The position numbers were made by a program, and so were the translations under genes. The notes below the pieces were generated by a model, which searched no databases, was not told the DNA's origin, and saw only the letters and a list, made by a program, of their open reading frames with translations. Positions 18,468-26,700 of a stretch of 64,000 nt of DNA are shown piece after piece. Source of the stretch: Gemmatimonadaceae bacterium (GTDB lineage: Bacteria > Gemmatimonadota > Gemmatimonadetes > Gemmatimonadales > Gemmatimonadaceae); contig JBHYGA010000001.1 of NCBI GenBank assembly GCA_051859245.1, positions 1 to 64,000 on the forward strand, given 5' to 3'. Position 1 is the first letter of the stretch. Each line of letters opens with the position of its first letter.

Positions 18468-19261
18468 GGCGCGTAATGACTACACCTGCGTTGTTTCGTT
18501 CGGCCCGCGTTGCCGCGTTGGCGTTCTGTGTCACCGCGTCGGATCTTGCGGCGCAACCGTCGGTTGCTGACCAGGTCAGTACACTGCGAAACGGCACCGT
18601 GCGCATGTCCTTTGCATCCCGGGAGGGCGTGTGTGGCAACGGTTCGTACATTCGCACTGGCAAAAACAACTACACGGGCAACTGGAGTCGACAGGAGGAT
18701 TTGCAGGAGGCGTGTGAACCGGGACCGCTGCGCGTCGTGGCGGAGCGCTCGAACGGTCGTACGGTTGACGTGCGCACGTATGTGGGCGGTCAATGGAAGC
18801 AGAATGACAGCGCGCGTGATCTGGGCACGGTGGATGCATCGGCCGCGGTGGAGTGGCTGATGCGCGAAGCCGAGTCTGGCAGTGAGGAAGCCGCCAAGGG
18901 CGCTCTGCTGCCGCTCACGCTGGCAGACGTGGCTGTGCCGTGGTTGCGCGTGCTTGAAATTTCAAAGGATCAGCAACGTCCGCGCGCGGTGCGCTCGCAA
19001 GCCGTGTTCTGGGCGGCACAGGCGGCGGGTGAAAAGGCCGCCGAGGAGATCGGTGGCATCGCGCAGAATGATCCGGACAAGGAAGTGCGCACGGCGGCCG
19101 TGTTTGCACTCTCGCGACGAGACGATGGGTTTGACCAGCTCGTGCGCATTGCGCGCACGAGCAATGATCGTGACGTGAAACAGAGCGCGTATTTCTGGAT
19201 CGGGCAGAGCAGGGATCCGCGGGCCGCAGATTTTCTCGCCGAGGTGCTCTCTCGGCCGTAG
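18464..19261 (+). CDS. Exported HEAT-repeat protein
   Basis: GTGA overlap; signal peptide; VRSQAVFWAAQ, VRTAAVFALS, VKQSAYFWIGQS. Confidence 0.85.
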   Translation: MRRVMTTPALFRSARVAALAFCVTASDLAAQPSVADQVSTLRNGTVRMSFASREGVCGNGSYIRTGKNNYTGNWSRQEDLQEACEPGPLRVVAERSNGRTVDVRTYVGGQWKQNDSARDLGTVDASAAVEWLMREAESGSEEAAKGALLPLTLADVAVPWLRVLEISKDQQRPRAVRSQAVFWAAQAAGEKAAEEIGGIAQNDPDKEVRTAAVFALSRRDDGFDQLVRIARTSNDRDVKQSAYFWIGQSRDPRAADFLAEVLSRP

Positions 19262-19280
19262 TGCTGAGTTGGCGCATACA

Positions 19281-19319
19281 ACGAACGGGCGTGTCACTGG
19301 GTGTGACACGCCCGTTCGT
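19281..19319. terminator. 17-bp stem hairpin between convergent genes
   Basis: ACGAACGGGCGTGTCAC-TGGGT-GTGACACGCCCGTTCGT. Confidence 0.75.
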
Positions 19320-19339
19320 GCACCCGCCGAGGCGGAAGG

Positions 19340-20188
19340 TTACGCCATTGCTGCTGCAATCGATTCCAGTCGCGCAACGCGCTCGGACGTCGGCGGATGT
19401 GTGCTGAACAGCTTGCCGAGCCCAAGCCCCTTGAAGGAGGCCAGCGGGTTGACGATGGCCAACGGTGCGACAGCGGGCGACACGTTCATCGGGATGCGCT
19501 TGGACGTCATCTCGAGCTTTTGCAGTGCTCCGGCAAGTGCGAGTGGACGGCCACAGATTTCCGCGCCCACCTGGTCGGCCTTGAACTCGCGCTGACGACT
19601 GATCGCGAACTGCATGATCATGGCCGCGGCTGGCGCGACGATCATGGCAACAATGCCAACCAGCGGATTGCCGCCCTCTTCGTCGTTGCCGCGTCCGCCA
19701 AAAAAGAAAGCAAACTGTGCCAGGTTGCTGATCGCGCCCGACATGGTCGCGGCCATGGTCTGCAGCAGCATGTCGCGGTTCTTGATGTGCGCCAGCTCGT
19801 GGGCAATCACGCCCTCCAGCTCTTCGCGCGACACCAGCTGCATGAGTCCCTCGGTCACGCACACGACTGAGTTTTCCGGATTCCGCCCGGTCGCAAACGC
19901 GTTGGGCTGTGCCTGCGGCGCGACGGCGACCGTGGGCATGGGGAGTCCGGCGTTCTGCCGCAGGCGATCCACCATGCGGTAGAGATCCGGCGCTTGCGCT
20001 TCGGTCACAACCTTCGCGCCATACGCGCGCAGCACCATCTTGGACGAACCCCAGAACATGCCGATGTTCATGACGGCCGCGAGGCCAAACGCCATCACGG
20101 CGCCGCTGGACCCGCCAAGCGCGGAACCCAGCGCTACCACCAGGGCGGTGAGCCCTGCCATGAGTACAAAAACCTTCACGTTGTTCAT
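19340..20188 (-). CDS. htpX: Zinc metalloprotease HtpX (M48)
   Basis: PNAFATGR, HELAH, SRQREFKAD, FSTHPP; start at ATG 20188. Confidence 0.95.
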   Translation of the reverse strand: MNNVKVFVLMAGLTALVVALGSALGGSSGAVMAFGLAAVMNIGMFWGSSKMVLRAYGAKVVTEAQAPDLYRMVDRLRQNAGLPMPTVAVAPQAQPNAFATGRNPENSVVCVTEGLMQLVSREELEGVIAHELAHIKNRDMLLQTMAATMSGAISNLAQFAFFFGGRGNDEEGGNPLVGIVAMIVAPAAAMIMQFAISRQREFKADQVGAEICGRPLALAGALQKLEMTSKRIPMNVSPAVAPLAIVNPLASFKGLGLGKLFSTHPPTSERVARLESIAAAMA

Positions 20189-20227
20189 TGATCTATTGTT
20201 CAGTTGAGGGACGACAAACACCGCAAG

Positions 20228-20620
20228 TTAATCCGACCGCCGGCCGAACTGTGCGCCCTTTGCGGTGCTCCGTTTCCGGGCACGGCGCTCAAGTTCCTCG
20301 TTGACGGCCGCAAAATGGCGCGGCCAGAGATACCGGGCGCGCTCGGAAAAGTTCCGCCACGCGTCGGGCTCCGACAGCAAGAACTCCACGTGCGAGCGGT
20401 GTGCCTTGCGTGCGTTGCACGCCAAACACGCCGTGACTACGTTCCCCGCCGAGTGGTCACCGCCGCGTACGCGGGGCTGCACATGATCTACACTCAGGGT
20501 TTCCGGTGTTCCTTCGGCTCCGCAGTACACACAGTGCCACTGGTCGCGCGCGAACACGGCGTCGCGGGAGATGGACGCGTGCGGTGGAACTGGTGACTGG
20601 TCGTCGGATCGCCCGCTCAC
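20228..20620 (-). CDS. Small stand-alone HNH endonuclease
   Basis: RDQWHCVYCG...DHVQPRVRGG...NVVTACLACNARK; start uncertain (GTG 20620). Confidence 0.9.
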   Translation of the reverse strand: MSGRSDDQSPVPPHASISRDAVFARDQWHCVYCGAEGTPETLSVDHVQPRVRGGDHSAGNVVTACLACNARKAHRSHVEFLLSEPDAWRNFSERARYLWPRHFAAVNEELERRARKRSTAKGAQFGRRSD

Positions 20621-20959
20621 GTGTCGCGCGCTCTGGAGGCCACCGTGAAGATTCCTGACCCGATGCGGCGCCACATGATGACGCGGCTGACGCGATTTCT
20701 TGATCCTGACGAAGCCGCAACGCCCAGTGCTGGCGATCTGCCGCCCAGACTTACCCACACCGCTCTCGAGGCCCTCCGCATGTCACGCTCCCGCGATCGT
20801 ATTCTGACCAATCTTGAAGAGATGTACTCGGAGGCGTTCGCCCGCGCCAAGGAAAGCGGCGACGCCGCGCAAATGGCGTCCCTCGATTTTGCGTATCGCC
20901 GCGAGCAGCTGTACTTCGAGATTCTGCTGGACGTTCGGGACGCCGTGGAGAAGCGCTAG
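20621..20959 (+). CDS. Hypothetical small helical protein
   Basis: Protein-like composition (RILTNLEEMYSEAFARAKE...EQLYFEILLDVRD); start may be ATG 20663 or 20675. Confidence 0.65.
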   Translation: MSRALEATVKIPDPMRRHMMTRLTRFLDPDEAATPSAGDLPPRLTHTALEALRMSRSRDRILTNLEEMYSEAFARAKESGDAAQMASLDFAYRREQLYFEILLDVRDAVEKR

Positions 20960-20999
20960 GCGAAGTGAGACCTGGGGGGCGTGCTTGGTCGTCGCCGGT

Positions 21000-21274
21000 G
21001 ACGCCGTCGAACAGAGCAGGCACGTTGATCACGACTGGTTCTGCGTCGCTGATTGGCGGCTGCCACCGCAGTTCGGTGTCGTGGCGTTCTTCGAATTTGC
21101 CACCAGCGAGCTGCAGAGCAGCTCCTTGGGTAAAAGTGCCGCGGGCGTCACGAGCAGAAATCCGTCAACCAGCTCGTAGCAATTCCCGTCGTCGGGGAAC
21201 CGCTCCAAATCGTCAATCGTGTATTTGGGCACGAGCGAGGGCATCGCCATTGGCAGAGCGATTGGGGTTGCCAT
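21000..21274 (-). pseudogene. Uma2 (DUF820) family endonuclease remnant
   Basis: N-terminus YTIDDLERFPDDGNCYELVDGFLLVTP; C-terminus EERHDTELRWQPPISDAEPVVINVPALFDGV in another frame (21092-21000); catalytic PD-(D/E)xK core missing. Confidence 0.8.
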
Positions 21275-21315
21275 AAGCATGGAATATCGGGGTGCGGGAC
21301 GCAACATTCCCCTTC

Positions 21316-23001
21316 ATGTCCCCACAAAACCACGCTGTGGCGACCGTCGCCCTTGCCACTTCTTTGCTCATGTCCGCCTGCATGCCTGATTCGTCGTCAC
21401 AATCCGACTCAAACGCGGTCACTCTTGCCATCGTCAACGCACGTGTGTGGACCGGCGACAGTGCGCGACCATGGGCCGACGCAGTCGCGATTTCCGGCGA
21501 CACCATTCTCGCCGTCGGTTCGAGCGCCGAGATTCGCAAGCGCACCACGGATGCGACGCGCGTTGTTGATGCAAAGGGCAGCATGGTCACGCCAGGCTTC
21601 ATCGATTCGCACGTGCACTTTTCGACCGGTGGCTTCGCGCTCTCGTCTGTGCAACTTCGAGATGCGCGTACGCCGGAAGAGTTCACGCGACGCATTGCGG
21701 AGTACGCGCGCACCCTGCCGGCGGGCACGTGGATTCAAAACGGCGATTGGGATCACGAGAACTGGGGCGGGGAACTACCCACGCGTGCGTGGATCGACAG
21801 TGTCACACCGGAGCATCCGGTGTGGATCAATCGACTTGATGGTCACATGGCGCTGGCGAACTCTGCGGCGCTGCGTGCAGCGGGCGTGACGTCGTCTGCC
21901 GCAGAGACTTCTGGCGGTAGCATCGTGCGTGATGTGAACGCTGAACTCACCGGTGTCTTCAAGGACAACGCCATGTCGCTCGTCGAGCGCGTGATTCCAG
22001 CGCCGAGTGATGTGCAGCTGGATCGTGCGCTCGATGCCGCCACGGCGTACGTCGCGTCACAAGGCGTGACGGCCGTGCATCACATGGGATTCTGGGACGA
22101 TCTTCCGGTGTTCCAGCGTGCGCGTGATAGCGAGCGATTGAAGACGCGCATTTACGCGGCCGTACCGCTGCGTACGCACGCGCAGTTGGCCGCGCGCATC
22201 GCGGAACAGGGCGCGGGCGACGCGTGGTTCCGCGTGGGATTGCTCAAAGCCTTTGTAGACGGATCACTCGGCTCACACACGGCTGCCATGCTCGAACCGT
22301 TCACCGATACCCCGGGAGAAACCGGACTGTTTGTCACGGAGCCGGATACGATGCTCGCGTGGATGCGTGATGCGGAACGTGCGGGGTTGCAGCTGGCCAT
22401 TCACGCGATTGGTGATCGCGCGATTCGCACACAGCTGGATCTGTTTGCGCGTGTCGAAGATGAGTTTGGTCCGCGTGATCGCCGCTGGCGCATTGAACAC
22501 GCGCAACATGTGCACCCAGATGATTTTGCGCGCTTTGCGAAACACGGTGTGATCGCAAGCATGCAGCCGTACCACGCGATTGACGATGGACGGTGGGCGG
22601 ACAAGGTGATTGGCCCCGAGCGGGCGCGCGGCACTTACGCGTTTCGCGCATTGCTCGATAACAAGGCCACGCTTGCGTTTGGCAGCGACTGGTTTGTGGC
22701 GCCGCCGACTCCTCTTGATGGAATTTACGCGGCGGTGACGCGACGCACGTTGGACGATGCGAACCCGGATGGTTGGGTGCCGGAGCAGAAAATTTCGCTT
22801 GAGGAATCGCTGCGCGCATACACGAGCAGTGCGGCGTTTGCGGGGTTTGCCGATAGCACCACCGGTGTACTGTCACGCGGGCGACTCGCAGATCTGGTGG
22901 TGCTGGATCGGGATTTGTCGCGCGTTGCGGCGCCAGAGATACGCGATGCGCAGGTGATGATGACGGTGGTGGGTGGGCGCGTGGTGTATGAACGGAAGTG
23001 A
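21316..23001 (+). CDS. Amidohydrolase 3 (YtcJ-like) lipoprotein
   Basis: Lipobox LMSAC; PGFIDSHVH, KAFVDGSLG, HAIGD, RIEHAQ, GSDW. Confidence 0.93.
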   Translation: MSPQNHAVATVALATSLLMSACMPDSSSQSDSNAVTLAIVNARVWTGDSARPWADAVAISGDTILAVGSSAEIRKRTTDATRVVDAKGSMVTPGFIDSHVHFSTGGFALSSVQLRDARTPEEFTRRIAEYARTLPAGTWIQNGDWDHENWGGELPTRAWIDSVTPEHPVWINRLDGHMALANSAALRAAGVTSSAAETSGGSIVRDVNAELTGVFKDNAMSLVERVIPAPSDVQLDRALDAATAYVASQGVTAVHHMGFWDDLPVFQRARDSERLKTRIYAAVPLRTHAQLAARIAEQGAGDAWFRVGLLKAFVDGSLGSHTAAMLEPFTDTPGETGLFVTEPDTMLAWMRDAERAGLQLAIHAIGDRAIRTQLDLFARVEDEFGPRDRRWRIEHAQHVHPDDFARFAKHGVIASMQPYHAIDDGRWADKVIGPERARGTYAFRALLDNKATLAFGSDWFVAPPTPLDGIYAAVTRRTLDDANPDGWVPEQKISLEESLRAYTSSAAFAGFADSTTGVLSRGRLADLVVLDRDLSRVAAPEIRDAQVMMTVVGGRVVYERK

Positions 23002-23039
23002 GCGCTACGCACCGCTGGTGGTCATGTGGGCGAGCTGTT

Positions 23040-23289
23040 GCAGTTCCTGATTCGGTCATTCGGCCCGGTAGCGGGAGCCCACGGCCATTTGGCCTTTCGG
23101 CCTCGTAGCTTCGTACGTGGGCACCCCAAACAACCACTTGCTCCAGATGTCGGCGCAGGACCGAGATCCCGCGTGCAGCACACACGTTCCGTGCAACCTT
23201 TCGAAACTACGAGGCCGAAAGGCCAAATGGCCGTGGGCTCGGGCTACTGGGCCGAATGACCGAATCGGACTGCATGTGGTGGCGGGATC
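23040..23289. mobile_element. Non-coding inverted-repeat element (MITE/REP-doublet-like)
   Basis: Arms 23040-23113 and 23202-23273 are near-perfect inverted copies around an 88-bp spacer; another arm copy at 1-60; lies between convergent genes; mobility is inferred. Confidence 0.6.
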
Positions 23290-23297
23290 GCGCGGTG

Positions 23298-24065
23298 TTA
23301 GCGCGACAACCCGTACACCACATAGTTCGTCGCGAACTTGTATGCATCATTGGAGAGATTCACCGGGTACCACCCCTCACCCGACCACTCCATGTAGTCG
23401 CCAATATCGTTGTTAAAGTTGATCACGACTTGCAGGCGCTGCGACGGATCGTTGTTCTCAAAGATCCCGAGATACTGCGCTTTGGCAGCCGTGCTCGACG
23501 GATGCGTCATACCATCGAGCGTCGCGATCGTGAAGAACGAGTTGAACACCGGATGCGAAATGTCGAGCGGCACGATCTGCGCATTCGGCAGCACCGCGCG
23601 CATCGACTGTTCAAACACATCCCACTGCTGCTGAAAGTAGAAATCGTCCACGATCAGAAAGCCGCCCTTCGCGAGCCACGTGCGAAGTCCCGTCGCCTCG
23701 GCTTCGGTTGGATACCAGTAGCCAGGCTCCGTGAGATACGCGACCGGATACTTGAACAACTCCGGATCATCCAGCGTGTGTACGTTGCTCGCATCCTTGT
23801 GCAGCGGAATCGACGAGAGCTCACTGAGGATGCTCATGAAGTTGCGCTCCATGGCCGGATAGTCCGCGCTCCATGACATGCGATAGCCCTGCGTATAGCG
23901 AATGCGCGCGAACGTGAACTTGCCGTCGTATTCCACGTTGGGCAGGATCTCCGTGCGTCCGCGTCCCCGTTGCGACCAGGCCAAAGGCGCGGCCACCGCC
24001 AGTAAAACAATCAGCGCCGCAGCCCGACGAAATCGGATGGCGGAAAAGCGTTCGGGCAGGGGCAT
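23298..24065 (-). CDS. DUF4159 domain protein, exported
   Basis: FTFARIRY, WSADYP, LDDPELFKYP.AY..EPG, GGFLIVDDF, NNDIGDY; start ATG 24065. Confidence 0.88.
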   Translation of the reverse strand: MPLPERFSAIRFRRAAALIVLLAVAAPLAWSQRGRGRTEILPNVEYDGKFTFARIRYTQGYRMSWSADYPAMERNFMSILSELSSIPLHKDASNVHTLDDPELFKYPVAYLTEPGYWYPTEAEATGLRTWLAKGGFLIVDDFYFQQQWDVFEQSMRAVLPNAQIVPLDISHPVFNSFFTIATLDGMTHPSSTAAKAQYLGIFENNDPSQRLQVVINFNNDIGDYMEWSGEGWYPVNLSNDAYKFATNYVVYGLSR

Positions 24066-24219
24066 TGGCGATCCGGAGGAGGGACGAGCACGAACCTGGG
24101 CCATTCGGTGTATAACGCCCGGACCCCACACCGTCGTTGCAACAGCGCATGCCCGTTGTGCCCGACGGCCGGATACGAGACCTTTCTGTGCTATACCTCA
24201 ACCCTTCTGGAGACTCCCC

Positions 24220-24717
24220 ATGGCGTTGTCTTTCCGTCGTCTGTTTGTTCTGCCCGCCGGTGCCGCGCTGGCCACCGTTCTCGTCACCAGCAGCGCGTTT
24301 GCGCAGGCCGCGCCTCCCAAGCCGCCGGCCGGACATGGTGCCATGGATCACTCGGCGCACGGTAAGGCTGAGGAGAAGGAAGCGGATCACGCGAAGAGTG
24401 GTTGGGCGGAGCTCGACACGTTCCATGACGTGATGTCTGCGGCCTGGCATCCGGCCAAGAATGACACCCTCGCGCCGGCGCGCGCGTCGTCGGCCAAGCT
24501 GGTTGCGGCCGCCAAGGCGTGGAATGCAGCGAAAGTGCCAATGGGCTGTGAAGCGCCCGCGGTGAAAACCGGAATCGCGAAGCTGGTGCCTGAATCCGAA
24601 GCGGTGGCCACACTCGTTGCGCGCAAAGCCAATGATGCCGCGCTCAAGGCCGCGCTCAAGACAGTGCACGACACGTATCACGTGGTGGAAGCGGCCTGCA
24701 AACCGATGAAGCACTGA
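24220..24717 (+). CDS. Exported His-rich helical hypothetical protein
   Basis: GGAG SD, signal peptide ending AFA; GHGAMDHSAHG, FHDVMSAAWHP, VHDTYH. Confidence 0.8.
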   Translation: MALSFRRLFVLPAGAALATVLVTSSAFAQAAPPKPPAGHGAMDHSAHGKAEEKEADHAKSGWAELDTFHDVMSAAWHPAKNDTLAPARASSAKLVAAAKAWNAAKVPMGCEAPAVKTGIAKLVPESEAVATLVARKANDAALKAALKTVHDTYHVVEAACKPMKH

Positions 24718-24813
24718 CACCGAAAGTCCCGGGGCGTCAGCGCGGCCGACTGTACAGCGCTGGCGTCCCGTGGCACGTATTGGATCAAATCCCTTCCTCG
24801 GAGCACATCCCAT

Positions 24814-25812
24814 ATGATTTCCCGCCGCGATTGGTTCGGCGCAACGCTGGGTGTTGGCGCGTCACTGGCACTATCACCGCGACTGCTGCGCGCACTCGAA
24901 GCATCCACTCGCCTGCTTCAGCCATCCGCGCTGCTCAAGCGCGCAGTGCCGTCATCCGGCGAGATGCTGCCGGTGATCGGACTGGGAAGTTCGGCCACGT
25001 TCTCTCAGGTGGCTCGCAGCGAAGATCTGAGCGCACTCAAGGATGTGATGAAAACGATGGTCGAACGCGGCGCGACGGTCTTCGATACGGCGCCAAGCTA
25101 CGGCGCATCGGAGCAGGCGGCCGGCGATATCGCGAACGAACTTGGCATTGCGAACAAAGTGTTCTGGGCCACAAAAGTGAATGTGGTTGGTCGCGGTGGC
25201 GACGGCAAAGCCGATCCCGCGGCCGCGCGTGCGCAGATCGAAGCATCGTTCGCAAAGTTCAAGGTGCCGAAAATTGATCTGATCCAGGTGCACAATCTCG
25301 CCGACGTGCCAACGCAGCTTGGCATCCTGAAAGAGATGAAAGCGCAGGGGCGGATTCGCTATACTGGTGTCACCACAACGAGTGACAATCAGTACACGCG
25401 TCTCGCCGAGATCATGCGCAATGAACCGATCGATTTCATTGGCGTGGACTACGCGGTTGATAATCGTGGCGTCGAAGAGATGATTCTGCCGCTCGCACAG
25501 GAACGAAAGATTGGTGTGCTCGTGTACGTGCCGTTCGGACGGACCAGCTTGTTCCGACGCGCAGGGGGAGTGGAGCTTCCGGCGTGGGCCAAAGACATTG
25601 ACGCCACCACGTGGGCGCAGTTCTTCCTCAAATACATCGTCAGTCATCCGGCGGTCACGGTGGTCACGCCTGCCACCAGCCAAGCCAAGAACATGATCGA
25701 CAACATTGGCGGTGGCACGGGGCGCCTTCCAGACGCGGCGATGCGCAAGCGCATGGCCGAACTGGTCGATGCGCTGCCACAGCCTGCACCGGCGCGCCGG
25801 CCCGGTTACTGA
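24814..25812 (+). CDS. Aldo/keto reductase with a Tat-like leader
   Basis: SRRDWF; IGLGS, DTAPSYG, ATKV, DLIQVHN. Confidence 0.92.
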   Translation: MISRRDWFGATLGVGASLALSPRLLRALEASTRLLQPSALLKRAVPSSGEMLPVIGLGSSATFSQVARSEDLSALKDVMKTMVERGATVFDTAPSYGASEQAAGDIANELGIANKVFWATKVNVVGRGGDGKADPAAARAQIEASFAKFKVPKIDLIQVHNLADVPTQLGILKEMKAQGRIRYTGVTTTSDNQYTRLAEIMRNEPIDFIGVDYAVDNRGVEEMILPLAQERKIGVLVYVPFGRTSLFRRAGGVELPAWAKDIDATTWAQFFLKYIVSHPAVTVVTPATSQAKNMIDNIGGGTGRLPDAAMRKRMAELVDALPQPAPARRPGY

Positions 25813-25834
25813 GCGCGGCCATGACGAATCAATG

Positions 25835-25867
25835 CAAACGGGGGCACCACGCTGGTGCCCCCGTTTG
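25835..25867. terminator. Bidirectional intrinsic terminator
   Basis: CAAACGGGGGCACCA-CGC-TGGTGCCCCCGTTTG between convergent genes. Confidence 0.85.
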
Positions 25868-25887
25868 TTGTTTGTCTGAGCGAGCGG

Positions 25888-26697
25888 CTATTGCCAGCGA
25901 AGCATCCAGTCAGCCACCACGGGGCGATGGTCAGATGCGACGCGCTCATCAATCACACGCGCACCGCCCGACGTCCATCGCGCACTAGGTGCGGCGAAGA
26001 TGAAATCGATTTCCTTGTTGGGCTCAGTTGAGGAAAAGGTGAAGTGATTGTCGGCTGCCTTCTGCGCTTCCGTTGCGCGTGCTGAGAACAGTGCCAGCGT
26101 GCGGGAGCCCGGTTCGTCGTTGAAGTCGCCGAGCACTACGTACGGTGTGCGCAGCGTGTCGAGCACGCGTACGAGGGCGCTGGCCTGTGCGTACCGCAGC
26201 GTGTCGTTGCCCACCCAGTCGAAGTGCACATTCACCACCGAGACCGTGTCCCGCCCGCCCACGACCACATCCACAAGCAGCGCCACGCGTGGTTCATTGC
26301 CATCGGGAAGGCGAATCACGTGCAGGCGTGCGATGGGATGACGCGAAAGCACGCCCAACCCGTATTCGCCGCCCTGATAGGGCATGAATGCACCGAACGC
26401 CGCCTGCATACCGAGCAGGCGACCGAGTGAATCCATCTGCGCGACACTTCCGCTGCGCGACACGCGGTGATCCACTTCCTGCAATCCAATGACATCGGCA
26501 TTGAGCGCGCGCAGCACAGTTGCCGTGCGCGGCAGATCGACGCGATTGTCCATGCCGGCGCCGTGCCGAATGTTGTAGCTCGCCGTGCGCAGCGGCGTCG
26601 CGCCACTTTCGACACCACGAGGCGAGGAGGCTGCGCAACCGAGTGCCGCCATCGCGACCAGCGAGGCCGCAAGCGCCAGCCGAAGCATGTTCACCAC
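25888..26697 (-). CDS. Endonuclease/exonuclease/phosphatase family lipoprotein
   Basis: Lipobox ALGC; SYNI, LQEVD, GDFND, IDFIF, SDHRPV. Confidence 0.92.
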   Translation of the reverse strand: MVNMLRLALAASLVAMAALGCAASSPRGVESGATPLRTASYNIRHGAGMDNRVDLPRTATVLRALNADVIGLQEVDHRVSRSGSVAQMDSLGRLLGMQAAFGAFMPYQGGEYGLGVLSRHPIARLHVIRLPDGNEPRVALLVDVVVGGRDTVSVVNVHFDWVGNDTLRYAQASALVRVLDTLRTPYVVLGDFNDEPGSRTLALFSARATEAQKAADNHFTFSSTEPNKEIDFIFAAPSARWTSGGARVIDERVASDHRPVVADWMLRWQ

Positions 26698-26700
26698 GCG

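Noticed and set aside
23202..23230. CTACGA-GGCCGAAAGGCC-AAAT resembles the classic hammerhead ribozyme stem II context
   Set aside because: The invariant core CUGANGA and the following GAAA are both absent, and stems I and III cannot be built.
23040..23273. CRISPR array or autonomous IS
   Set aside because: The repeats are inverted rather than direct with spacers, and no cas or transposase gene is in the window. The CATGTGG duplication (23023, 23273) is not flush with both arms, so it is not called a target-site duplication.
23821..24813. 330-aa minus-strand ORF
   Set aside because: Overlaps two better-supported genes and has non-protein-like composition.
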